This document shows, piece after piece, positions 29,058 to 37,944 of a stretch of 64,000 bases of DNA. The position numbers and the translations under genes are program-made. The notes below the pieces were generated by a model, which had not been told where the DNA came from, did no database searches, and saw only the letters and a program-made list of their open reading frames with translations. Position 1 is the stretch's first letter, and each line of letters starts with the position of its first letter. Source of the DNA: a candidate division LCP-89 bacterium (GTDB taxonomy: Bacteria; Electryoneota; B3-LCP); the NCBI GenBank assembly GCA_025774555.1, contig JALGVT010000005.1:382-64381 (forward strand), given 5' to 3'.

Positions 29058-29609
29058 TCACTTGTTAATCCAACTGCCATCTTCTTTTTGGATCATGCTG
29101 CCGGGTGGTGAAGCGTCCCTGTTCATTTGCGCGAAAACTCTGGCGATTGCATCTGGATCCATAGGATTGACTGCCGAGTTGATCTCAACGATCCTGCGCA
29201 TGATGATCTCGCGGTCTCTATTCTCTTCGACGATGATCTTATTGACAAGTTCGCTGTACTCGAAATCTTCGTTATATCTGGATGTCGGAAGGATCGTCAG
29301 CAATCCTTCAATGTTCTCTCCAGTAACGCCGTCTTTTTTAAAATCTTCTATGTCATCAGCGTTGAACTTCCTATTCGCGAAAGCTTCCAGAACAATGCGT
29401 CTGCTTTCAGGGATAGTAATATCCGGCGATGAAGTCGAGCGGGCTGATGATATCATCCAGGCATCTTCTTCGATGGTGCGATAGGTACCCAAAATCTGCT
29501 TTTCAATTGCAGTTCTTTCGCTGGTGAAGGATACTTCAGGGGTTTTAATGGTGCAGCTAATCAAAAGAAGGAGGCTCACTATACCTGCCATAATGCGTAG
29601 ATGAATCAT
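29058..29609 (-). CDS. Small lipoprotein, DUF1318 (YdbL)-like
   Basis: Lipoprotein signal (IVSLLLLISCTIK). The C-terminal ..PGSMIQKEDGSWINK matches the DUF1318 terminal motif. Overlaps the folD stop by 4 bp. Confidence 0.45.
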   Translation of the reverse strand: MIHLRIMAGIVSLLLLISCTIKTPEVSFTSERTAIEKQILGTYRTIEEDAWMISSARSTSSPDITIPESRRIVLEAFANRKFNADDIEDFKKDGVTGENIEGLLTILPTSRYNEDFEYSELVNKIIVEENRDREIIMRRIVEINSAVNPMDPDAIARVFAQMNRDASPPGSMIQKEDGSWINK

Positions 29610-30502
29610 TGTATAATACCTGCTTTTCGTTTTGCTGCTATTAGTGTGTTCTTCAATAGCATGGCAATAGTCATCGGTCCCACTCCGCCGGGTACAGGGG
29701 TTATCGCAGAAGCGATCTTGCAGGCGGAATCGAAGTGAACGTCTCCCACGAGGCGGTAGCCTCGCTTATCCTCCGATTCGGGAACATTGACGCGATTGAC
29801 TCCAACATCTATGACGATACACCCCGGTTTTAACTGATCACCGTGGATGAATTCGGGAGAACCGATGGCTGCAACTACAATATCAGCCTGGCGTAGAAAT
29901 TGCGAAATATCACGCGTCCTCGAATGACATAGCGTAACCGTTGCATTGCCACCCTCACTTTTACGCGACAGGAGAGTTGCCAGAGGGCGTCCCACGATAT
30001 TACTCCTACCGACGATGACAACGTGTTTCCCAGATGGATCTATATCGCTTCTACGCATTAATTCTATCACACCGGCTGGTGTACATGGCATGAAAGACTC
30101 GCGACCCGAAGTCAGGCTGCCGACGTTATATGGCGTAAAGCAATCCACGTCCTTTACCGGATCGACGGATTCAATAATTTCCACTTCATTCAGGTGTCCG
30201 GGTAGAGGCAGTTGAATGAGAAAACCGTGTATGTCCGGGTTGACGTTGAATCTATTAACAAGGTCAAGCAGCTCTTCCTGTGTCGTTTCAGTGGGACGTC
30301 TTTCAGTCAGCGAATAGAAACCAACTCGTTCGCACGCTTTTCCTTTCATGCGCACATAGGTCTGCGATGCAGGATCATCTCCGACAAGAATGAATCCGAG
30401 GCCCGGGGTGATGCCTTTTTTTTGTAATTGAGCCGTTTCCTCTGCTATTTCGTTTTTAATTAGATCAGAAACTGCCTTACCATCTATAATCTTCGCTGAC
30501 AT
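29606..30502 (-). CDS. folD: Bifunctional methylenetetrahydrofolate dehydrogenase / methenyl-THF cyclohydrolase
   Basis: MSAKIIDGKAVSD..LGFILVGDDPASQTYVRMKGKACERVGF..., NAD(P)-binding GRSNIVGRP, conserved PGGVGPMT. Confidence 0.9.
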   Translation of the reverse strand: MSAKIIDGKAVSDLIKNEIAEETAQLQKKGITPGLGFILVGDDPASQTYVRMKGKACERVGFYSLTERRPTETTQEELLDLVNRFNVNPDIHGFLIQLPLPGHLNEVEIIESVDPVKDVDCFTPYNVGSLTSGRESFMPCTPAGVIELMRRSDIDPSGKHVVIVGRSNIVGRPLATLLSRKSEGGNATVTLCHSRTRDISQFLRQADIVVAAIGSPEFIHGDQLKPGCIVIDVGVNRVNVPESEDKRGYRLVGDVHFDSACKIASAITPVPGGVGPMTIAMLLKNTLIAAKRKAGIIQ

Positions 30503-30675
30503 TTATGCTCCTGTTTAAGTAATGAATAAGATAACTGCAAAGTTCCATAATTAACGTTAATATAAAGCGAATCGCAGAAAAATAAAAGTCAATTTTCATT
30601 AAAGAGCATATATTGTACACCTCCAATCTAAAAATCGTATCATCGAGGAGTTTGTCTTCTCCACAACAGAAATCG

Positions 30676-30697
30676 TTCAACCTGGTTTAAGGTTGAA
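30676..30697 (-). terminator. Possible terminator hairpin after the QueG/RdhA-like gene
   Basis: 7-bp stem TTCAACC / GGTTGAA with an 8-nt loop, directly downstream of the stop at 30704. Weak T-tract. Confidence 0.3.
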
Positions 30698-30703
30698 AAG
30701 CGG

Positions 30704-31828
30704 CTATTCAGGTTGCCTTTCCCATCTATTTTTCTTGATGCGTTGATCGAACCATCCGGGCAATTCAGCCGGTTGATATTTACCATATATGATTGGATGC
30801 AGCCATAATAGTATAATCCGAGCCATCTTCGATCTGGATGCAAGGCGAGCCGAAGTTCTGTGCATCCAATTATTTCTCTGCGTCCACGGACAGGACGCAA
30901 TGCACATACCGCAGTCCGTGCCGACTTTAGTCCAGTAGGTGTGACATTTCAGATCATCAATATACCATTTTTCTGTCCCGCGCACGACCACTTTATCCCC
31001 CATCGGGATTGATTTTGAGGGGCAGACATCAGCACAAATCTTACACCTGTTGCAAAAATCCTGAACGCCGATATCCACAGGCTCATCACATAGCAAAGAA
31101 AGAACAGAAGTAACGGTAGATAGACGCACACAGTTTCCACATTCCTTCGTTAAAAGAAATCCGCACCGTCCCAGTTCGCCAAGGCCAGCGTCTATAGCTA
31201 ACGGAACTGACAGAACCTGATAGTTGGCGAAATGATGCGCCCTGGCGGGGAAACCCAGACTGCGAATATACTCAGCCAACACTACTGAAGCAATGGCTGA
31301 GCGCAAATAAGTAAGAGACGTGTCCATCAGTTCAGGGGATCCTGGAGCGGTACGGATCAAATCGATGTCCTCCCTGAAACCCATAGATATAGCAAATTGG
31401 TGTGACAATTCGATTTTCTCACCCCACTGTTCTTCAGAGTAGCGCGTGCGACCACGGTTACTATATACATAAGCTTGGTTCACTGAGCTTATTCCGACGA
31501 GGTCTGCTCCCAACTGTTTAGCAAAATTCTTAATTTTATTCGTGGCAGCTTCTGGAGATAAATGTACCTTCTGTGGAGCAGGAGATCCATCGACAACTTC
31601 CGGGCTGCCGATATGCTGCATGAGCCACGCTGGCGCTTCATAGAATCCCATATCAGCATCACTGATAAAGGAGCCTATTTCCGGTCGTGTGCGATTATTA
31701 TCGTCAGGTTCCTTCCATTCCGGATGACGCGAATAAAACTCGTCGTATTCGGGCGTTTCCGGTTGAAGATCGCGTCTGGCAAAAACGTTGTCTCGTTCGT
31801 CGAATTGAATTTGATCGTTTTCTGGCAT
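30704..31828 (-). CDS. Reductive-dehalogenase-superfamily Fe-S protein, most like epoxyqueuosine reductase QueG (cytoplasmic, no Tat signal)
   Basis: Two ferredoxin-type cluster motifs CNRCKICADVCP and C..11..CGMCIASCPW (CPW as in QueG). ..GLGELGRCGFLLTKECG.. segment and ..KIKNFAKQLGADLVGI.. N-terminal region shared by QueG/RdhA. Confidence 0.5.
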   Translation of the reverse strand: MPENDQIQFDERDNVFARRDLQPETPEYDEFYSRHPEWKEPDDNNRTRPEIGSFISDADMGFYEAPAWLMQHIGSPEVVDGSPAPQKVHLSPEAATNKIKNFAKQLGADLVGISSVNQAYVYSNRGRTRYSEEQWGEKIELSHQFAISMGFREDIDLIRTAPGSPELMDTSLTYLRSAIASVVLAEYIRSLGFPARAHHFANYQVLSVPLAIDAGLGELGRCGFLLTKECGNCVRLSTVTSVLSLLCDEPVDIGVQDFCNRCKICADVCPSKSIPMGDKVVVRGTEKWYIDDLKCHTYWTKVGTDCGMCIASCPWTQRNNWMHRTSARLASRSKMARIILLWLHPIIYGKYQPAELPGWFDQRIKKNRWERQPE

Positions 31829-31896
31829 TAAAATCTTACTTAGCTAATTTCAGCTTTGAGTAAATTCCGGTTTGTCATGTGCATTGGTGATATAAC

Positions 31897-32033
31897 AAGG
31901 GGCTGTCCCAAAAGAAGAATATCTCGTCATTACGAGGAACGTAGAGACATGGTAATCTCTTATATTACAAACTATTAAAGATTGCCACACTTCATTCGCA
32001 ATGACAGTTCTAAGGCTTTTGGTACAGCCCCTT
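31897..32033. repeat. Palindromic MITE-like intergenic repeat, copy A
   Basis: Terminal inverted repeats AAGGGGCTGTCCCAAAAG ... CTTTTGGTACAGCCCCTT with inner inverted blocks GTCATTACGA / CAATGAC and TGGTAATCTCTTA / AGATTGCCAC. Homologous to the element at 36782-36920. Confidence 0.7.
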
Positions 32034-32069
32034 GGTTTTTCCTGCTATTCCATCATTGAATGCTTTAAA

Positions 32070-32936
32070 TTACCGCCCTGTTCGCGGGGTTTCGAGGTAT
32101 TTGAACAGAGGTGAATCCGAACTGATAACAAGTGAAGTGCCCTCTTTCAAAGACTTATTATACAGTTCCAGGCTGCGAAGAAACGCGTAAAACTCGGGGT
32201 CCTTGTTGAAGGCATTGGCGTATATTTTGATTGATTTTGCGTCGCCTTCGCCGCGGATTATTTCGCTTTTACGCTGAGCTTCAGCGATAATGATTGTCTT
32301 ATCCTTATCAGTTGTAGCTTTAATCTTCAACTGTTCCTCAGCTCCTTCACTGCGGTATCGCTTGGCAATTCTATGACGTTCAGCACGCATTCTGGCGTAA
32401 ATACTTTCCGCAATTTCAACCGGGAAATCGGTCCTCTTAATGCGGACGTCCACGATTTCAACGCCAAATTCCTTGCCTTTCTCTTTAGTAATTGCCTGAA
32501 CATCATTCATTATAGGTTCGCGTTTTTCGGTGATAATTTCTGATTGGTTGTGAGAAGCGACCGCTTCACGCAGTGCTGAAGAGATAATCGCGTCTAACCG
32601 CGCATTGGCTCTCGGCATGTCTCGCAAAGTTTCATAGAATACTCGCGGATCTACAATCTTATAACGTGAATACGCGTCAACCACGAGTGTTTTTTTGTCT
32701 TTGGTGAGGAATTCGGCGATCGGAGCGTCATAACGTAACAATCGTTTTTCGTAAGTCGTAATTGACTGTATGAACGGTAGTTTAGCGTGGAGTCCGGGAT
32801 TCCGAACCTCCTTAACGAAACGACCGAGTTGGATGATTATTATCTGCTTGGTTTCATCGACTGTATAGAAAGCATCAGTAACCAGGATGAATGCAACTAA
32901 AGCTGCGACGATGTATATCAGTGTCTTCTTTTTCAT
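32070..32936 (-). CDS. hflC: Protease modulator HflC (SPFH/band-7)
   Basis: N-terminal TM helix, SPFH domain. Follows hflK with an ATGA overlap. Confidence 0.8.
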   Translation of the reverse strand: MKKKTLIYIVAALVAFILVTDAFYTVDETKQIIIIQLGRFVKEVRNPGLHAKLPFIQSITTYEKRLLRYDAPIAEFLTKDKKTLVVDAYSRYKIVDPRVFYETLRDMPRANARLDAIISSALREAVASHNQSEIITEKREPIMNDVQAITKEKGKEFGVEIVDVRIKRTDFPVEIAESIYARMRAERHRIAKRYRSEGAEEQLKIKATTDKDKTIIIAEAQRKSEIIRGEGDAKSIKIYANAFNKDPEFYAFLRSLELYNKSLKEGTSLVISSDSPLFKYLETPRTGR

Positions 32937-33985
32937 GGCTGTCCTCCTTTTTGTGCATCGGCAAGAGGTATCGCTGAACCGAGATCACCCAGCGGTAGAA
33001 GAGGAAGAGTTTTCCCTGCAACTTCAGGTGAAATCACTATCTTATTTACTTTGGACAGGACCTCCTGCATCGTCTCGAGGTAGAGCCTGCGACGCGTTAC
33101 GTCTTTCGCCATTCGATATTCCTTCAGCATAGCAAGAAAGCGCGCTGCGTCACCCTGAGAGATTCTGATTTTGCTTTCCATGTATGCCTCTGCTTCGCGA
33201 AGCATCTGTTCAGCCTCACCGCGTGCTTTCGGAAGGATATCCTCTTTATAGGCTTCCGCTTCATTGATGATGCGTTCGCGATCTTCCTTGGCGCTGACAA
33301 CATCTTTAAAAGCGGCCTGTACCTGCTCAGGAGGATCGACTGCCTGGAGTTTTACGGCGGTAATCTGGAGACCGGTTTGATATAGATCCATCAGTTGCTG
33401 CAGGTGAACCCGTGTGTCTTCCTGTACCTTTGCTCTGCCTGTCGTGAGAATGTCATCTATCATCATGCTGCCAACAACGCCGCGCAGAGCCGTTTCTGCG
33501 GCATCTTTCAGCGTTCGTTGATCGGCGACGCCCTCCGGATCCCAGACCTTAAACAGATAATCCGGGAGATTGCTGATTCGGTACTGAACTACAACCCTGA
33601 TATTCACGAGGTTTTCATCGCCGGTGATCATAAGGGATTCTACCGGGTAAGATTTTATTCGGGGAGGAGGTCCCGGATGTATTGTCCGGAATCCCAGTTC
33701 CATACTCCGAATCTGTTCGACTTTGACAACGTCAACCTGCTCGAAAGGTCGAGGTATATGCCAGTGAGGGCCAGAATCCGCAGTAGAGGTCATCTTACCG
33801 AACCGTCGCACGACACCCATCTCGCCGGGATCAACAATGTATATTCCGGTTAACAGCCAGATGATGAAAATCGCGCCGACCAAGTAAAACAGCATTCGTC
33901 CGGTACCCTGACCGAGGAATTTCTCCTTCAATTGATTGAGAATATCCCCATCAAAAAGCTCCTCTATTGATTTGTCCATGGGCAA
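32933..33985 (-). CDS. hflK: Protease modulator HflK (SPFH/band-7)
   Basis: TM helix, SPFH domain (..VVRRFGKMTSTADSGPHWHIP..), C-terminal coiled coil. Operon with hflC. Confidence 0.8.
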   Translation of the reverse strand: MPMDKSIEELFDGDILNQLKEKFLGQGTGRMLFYLVGAIFIIWLLTGIYIVDPGEMGVVRRFGKMTSTADSGPHWHIPRPFEQVDVVKVEQIRSMELGFRTIHPGPPPRIKSYPVESLMITGDENLVNIRVVVQYRISNLPDYLFKVWDPEGVADQRTLKDAAETALRGVVGSMMIDDILTTGRAKVQEDTRVHLQQLMDLYQTGLQITAVKLQAVDPPEQVQAAFKDVVSAKEDRERIINEAEAYKEDILPKARGEAEQMLREAEAYMESKIRISQGDAARFLAMLKEYRMAKDVTRRRLYLETMQEVLSKVNKIVISPEVAGKTLPLLPLGDLGSAIPLADAQKGGQP

Positions 33986-34280
33986 CTCCTATCTTTTATG
34001 TTTTATTGCTATTTAATTCTACAATATGACACACAGAATGGACATTATCAAGAAATATATGAATTGAATGCTATCGCAAAATGAACCCGCCATGATAGAA
34101 ATACTACAGGAGGATATGTACTGAAATGATACATTGTTAGATGTATCCTCACAGTTTAAGACATATAACTGCGTATATGTTGAAGCGAATCCGCTTACGA
34201 GCTGATGGTATAAATATTGCTTTAATAAATCTGATAAATTCGTTATAATAAACGTGTCAATGAAATATCAGGGCGAGATT

Positions 34281-35837
34281 ATGAGACAATTCATTGTATT
34301 ATCTCTGCTGTGCGTTGCTGCTATGATAGCGCATGCTGAAACAAATGATCTCTTTCAGCAGGCATGGGACTTGAATTGGCGTGGGGAACATGCTGCCGCG
34401 GTCAGTGGATACGAGCAGTTTGCATCAGATAACGTTGGACAGACGCTCGCGCCCGTGGCGCTGTTTAACGCGGCAAGCATTACAATGGTGGAAATGGGAG
34501 ATATTGATGCCGCCAGAATGAAATTTAAGGAATTAACTGAAACCTATCCCGGAACAAAATGGACGGCTGACTCATATCGGAGACTGGCGGAGATTGCGCT
34601 CGAAAAAGGTGATATCAAGGTAGCAGTCGATAATTATAAACTCGGCTTGAAAAACTATCGCGGCGAAGATTTCGAAATGCCTGACGTATGGGTGACTGAG
34701 ATGATTGACGGTTGTAGAGATAATCTGGTTGCCATCGATGATCCAGGTTATTCAGTAATTGTGTATGAGGATGTCCTCGCATTCATCCCTCATGGCAGTA
34801 TCTTTGCTGAAACCCAGTACAACCTCGCTGGCGCTCTAAAATCATTAGGACGGAATGAAGAAGCTGCCGATAAGATGTGTTTTCTCCTGTATAATTACGC
34901 CGCGTTTCCAATATCAGCAACTGTGATGGCAGAAGAACGCGAGTTTATCTCTGAGTATGTCGAGCTTCCTTGGGGAGATATCGAAAAGATGAACCTGATT
35001 CAGGGGCTTTTTCAACAGTCCGATTACGATCAGGTGGAACAGATATTCAGCGAAGTAAGAGAAAACAACCCCGACACGCCTCTCGACGATAGATGTCAAT
35101 ACGGTTTGATCATAACCAATGTGTATAGAAGCGGCGATTTCAAAACTGCTCTGGATAATATAGAAGATCTGCTGGCAAAGTTTCCTGAAAGTGGTTGGAG
35201 TAATCAGGCACGAAACAACATTGGATTCTGGGAGGAGGCACAGAGTTTAAAAGACAGATTAAAACTCGAACCAGATGATTATTCGACTCATGTAAGCTTA
35301 GGATACAGGCTGCTGCGCAACCGGTTCAATGAACAGGCAGAAGAGCATTTCTTAGTTGCCACAGCCGATACCACGTCCGATGCCGCGTATATGGGGCTGG
35401 GTTATACCTATCTGAGAAGCGGGCGCGTTGATGATGCGATAAAAGCATTTGACAAGTTTCTTGAGAGCAGTCCCGATGATGGAAACGTGTATAATCAGGT
35501 TGGTTATGCCTACATCGGACAGGGACAGCCTGAAGAGGCACTTAGATACTTTGAACGCTATCGTGAACTGGAGCCGGATAATCCAAATTCGCACGACAGT
35601 TATGCGGAATGTTTGATGAATCTGGAAAGGTACGAGGAAGCCATTGCGGAATACAAACGGGCGATTGAACTTAATCCCGGCTTCACCAACCCGTATTTCA
35701 TGTTGGGCGAAATCTATAATCGAACCGGCGACACTGAAAGGGCTTTGAAATACTACCAGCAATACATTGATAGCGATCCGAACGGATTCCAAAGTGCAAG
35801 CGCCCGGGAAAACGTACAGAATCTTACCAAGCAATAG
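34281..35837 (+). CDS. Secreted TPR-repeat protein
   Basis: Start at MRQFIVLSLLCVAAMIAHA (signal peptide). Multiple TPR motifs (..AIKAFDKFLESSPDDGNVYNQVGYAY.., ..AIAEYKRAIELNPGFTNPYFMLGEIY..). Confidence 0.6.
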   Translation: MRQFIVLSLLCVAAMIAHAETNDLFQQAWDLNWRGEHAAAVSGYEQFASDNVGQTLAPVALFNAASITMVEMGDIDAARMKFKELTETYPGTKWTADSYRRLAEIALEKGDIKVAVDNYKLGLKNYRGEDFEMPDVWVTEMIDGCRDNLVAIDDPGYSVIVYEDVLAFIPHGSIFAETQYNLAGALKSLGRNEEAADKMCFLLYNYAAFPISATVMAEEREFISEYVELPWGDIEKMNLIQGLFQQSDYDQVEQIFSEVRENNPDTPLDDRCQYGLIITNVYRSGDFKTALDNIEDLLAKFPESGWSNQARNNIGFWEEAQSLKDRLKLEPDDYSTHVSLGYRLLRNRFNEQAEEHFLVATADTTSDAAYMGLGYTYLRSGRVDDAIKAFDKFLESSPDDGNVYNQVGYAYIGQGQPEEALRYFERYRELEPDNPNSHDSYAECLMNLERYEEAIAEYKRAIELNPGFTNPYFMLGEIYNRTGDTERALKYYQQYIDSDPNGFQSASARENVQNLTKQ

Positions 35838-35861
35838 ATCGAATAATCTGACGGAGGATAT

Positions 35862-36767
35862 ATGGCAATCACTAGAAGAGAATTTATAAAAGGCGGGTTG
35901 GGAATTGCTTCGGCGGCAACAGTTGCATCTGCGCCATTTCATCCCTTAATCACATATTCCGCAGGTTTATCACTAACACCTGATGTTATGGTTACTTCTG
36001 GTGATTCACCTGCTAAAAATGTCCGTAAGGTTATCGAAGCGTTGGGAGGTATAGAGAAATTCGTCAAACCAGGAGATAGAGTCTTCTTGAAGCCTAACAG
36101 CATTTCGCCAATGGGTCCTGAGTATGCGGTGAATACTAATCCTGATGTGGTTGCGGAAGTGGCGAGACTATGCAAAAAGGCGGGCGCATCCAAGATTTTA
36201 GCAATTGCTCATGATGATCCCGGAAGCTGGGTGGCAAATGGTATTGGCGATGCGATCAATGCTCACGATGGTGTTCTGGGCACCGCGGATAATATCGAAA
36301 TGTATCAGCAGGTCAATATCCCGATGGGAATGATTTTAAGAGAAACAGCCGTGATTAAGGAATTCCTGGAATATGATGTTTTCATCAATCTGCCGGTCGC
36401 TAAGCATCATGGTGGTGCGCAACTAACGCTCGGGATGAAGAACTATATGGGATTAAATTGGGATCGTCAAATTATGCACAGGACGGATCTGGATCAGACA
36501 ATCGCCGACCTGGTAACTGTGCGCAGACCGGATCTGACCATTGTTGACGCCACCAGAATGCTGTTGAACAACGGACCCAGTGGACCGGGCACGGTACGTG
36601 AAGTTAAGAGCGTTGTAGCATCAACGGATATAGTAGCAGTCGATGCTTATACTGCAACGCTTTTTAAGCATGAGCCTCGTGAAATCAGACACATTCGCTA
36701 TGCTGCGGAAATGGGACTTGGAGAGATGGAAGTCAAGAAGATGAATATCGTAAAACTAACATCCTGA
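35862..36767 (+). CDS. Tat-signal DUF362-family protein
   Basis: Twin-arginine signal MAITRREFIKGGLGIASAATVASA. DUF362-type ..GDRVFLKPN.. core. GGAGG ribosome-binding site upstream. Confidence 0.6.
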   Translation: MAITRREFIKGGLGIASAATVASAPFHPLITYSAGLSLTPDVMVTSGDSPAKNVRKVIEALGGIEKFVKPGDRVFLKPNSISPMGPEYAVNTNPDVVAEVARLCKKAGASKILAIAHDDPGSWVANGIGDAINAHDGVLGTADNIEMYQQVNIPMGMILRETAVIKEFLEYDVFINLPVAKHHGGAQLTLGMKNYMGLNWDRQIMHRTDLDQTIADLVTVRRPDLTIVDATRMLLNNGPSGPGTVREVKSVVASTDIVAVDAYTATLFKHEPREIRHIRYAAEMGLGEMEVKKMNIVKLTS

Positions 36768-36781
36768 TAGAAGTATTCAGA

Positions 36782-36920
36782 AAAAGGGGCTGTCCCAAAA
36801 GTCTATAAACTGTCATTACGAACGAAGTGTGGTAATCTCTTAGTGCTTGTATAATAGGAGATTGCCACGTCACTTCGTTCCTCGCAATGACGTTGCTTTC
36901 TTCTTTTGGGACAGCCCCTT
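36782..36920. repeat. Palindromic MITE-like intergenic repeat, copy B (near-perfect palindrome)
   Basis: AAAAGGGGCTGTCCCAAAAG..GTCATTACGAACGAAGTGTGGTAATCTCTTA..AGATTGCCACGTCACTTCGTTCCTCGCAATGAC..CTTTTGGGACAGCCCCTTT. Sits between convergent genes and could fold into a very long hairpin serving as a bidirectional terminator. Confidence 0.7.
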
Positions 36921-36942
36921 TATTTTTATATTTAGAGAATCA

Positions 36943-37944
36943 TCAGTAGCCGGAAATCTGCAGCGATATACGTTGCACGGCATCGAGATCGCCGAGATCT
37001 GCATATGCAAAATCCACCGTGATATGAAATTCAGAAACAGGGATACTTAGTCCAGTGCCGAAAGACCACCGCTCTGTATCGTGACCGAATACATAGCCGG
37101 TACGCAGGAAAAGCATTTGCTTAAATGCATATTGATAGCCCAATCTCCAGTGCGTGAAGCCTTCATTGATATGGCGGGCGTCAAAAGCTATGATGCTGTC
37201 ATTATTCTGACTCTCTGATAAAGCATCGTTCTTGCCCCACAGGTGCCAACCGAATCCAACCTGAAATGTTAGCGGCAGAGGCCAGGAAGAGACCTGATAT
37301 TCGGTTGCAGGCTCATCTGGCTCACTGGTGATAATGTCTCTTCCATCAAGCTCCATCTCGCCGCCAAGGTTAGTCATTGCCATACCGATGGAAAATCCGG
37401 GTAAGTCTGTGCGCAAAGAAGTGCCAACGTCCACGGCAATTGTCGAAGCAGTTTCATGGAATAGCTTCTGGCGGATATATTTAAGAGTGCCGCCAATACT
37501 GAAATAATCGGTTAGTGAATGGGCGTATGAGGCGCCGATAGCCATATCAAGATACTCGACCATAACGTTATTGCCTTCCTGATATGTCAGAGTTGTCTGC
37601 TCAAATTCATCGCCTCCCAAAGTGATGGCAGATAAACCGAATGTTCCAGAATAACCGACAGGAACGGTCACTCCTATAAACTGATGCCTTAAGTCAGCGA
37701 TCCAGTCGGCATAGTAAGCAGATACGGCAAATTGACGGTTCTGCGCGATTCTGCCCGGATTCCAGTAAAGAGCTTCCGGACCTTCAATAATGGCAATCCC
37801 TGCGCTGCCCATACCTGATAATTTAGCGCCGATGCCGATCTGAAGAAATTGAGCCGCAGTCGTGCCCACTTTATCAAATCCAAATCCGCTGTTCACGAAG
37901 ATGAGAAAAGATAAGATTAAAGCTGAGTAAATTGCTCTTTTCAT
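36943..37944 (-). CDS. porV: T9SS outer-membrane beta-barrel protein PorV (LptO)
   Basis: Signal peptide, then the PorV N-terminal signature ..VGTTAAQFLQIGIGAKLSGMGSAGIAIIEGPEALYWNPGRIA... Ends with an aromatic residue. Start overlaps the upstream gene (ATGA). Confidence 0.8.
   Translation of the reverse strand: MKRAIYSALILSFLIFVNSGFGFDKVGTTAAQFLQIGIGAKLSGMGSAGIAIIEGPEALYWNPGRIAQNRQFAVSAYYADWIADLRHQFIGVTVPVGYSGTFGLSAITLGGDEFEQTTLTYQEGNNVMVEYLDMAIGASYAHSLTDYFSIGGTLKYIRQKLFHETASTIAVDVGTSLRTDLPGFSIGMAMTNLGGEMELDGRDIITSEPDEPATEYQVSSWPLPLTFQVGFGWHLWGKNDALSESQNNDSIIAFDARHINEGFTHWRLGYQYAFKQMLFLRTGYVFGHDTERWSFGTGLSIPVSEFHITVDFAYADLGDLDAVQRISLQISGY

Noticed and set aside
29038-29484. 148-aa plus-strand ORF antisense to the DUF1318 lipoprotein gene
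   Set aside because: The opposite-strand ORF has a lipoprotein signal, a family-like C-terminus and operon context with folD. The plus-strand frame is low-complexity Ser/Leu-rich.
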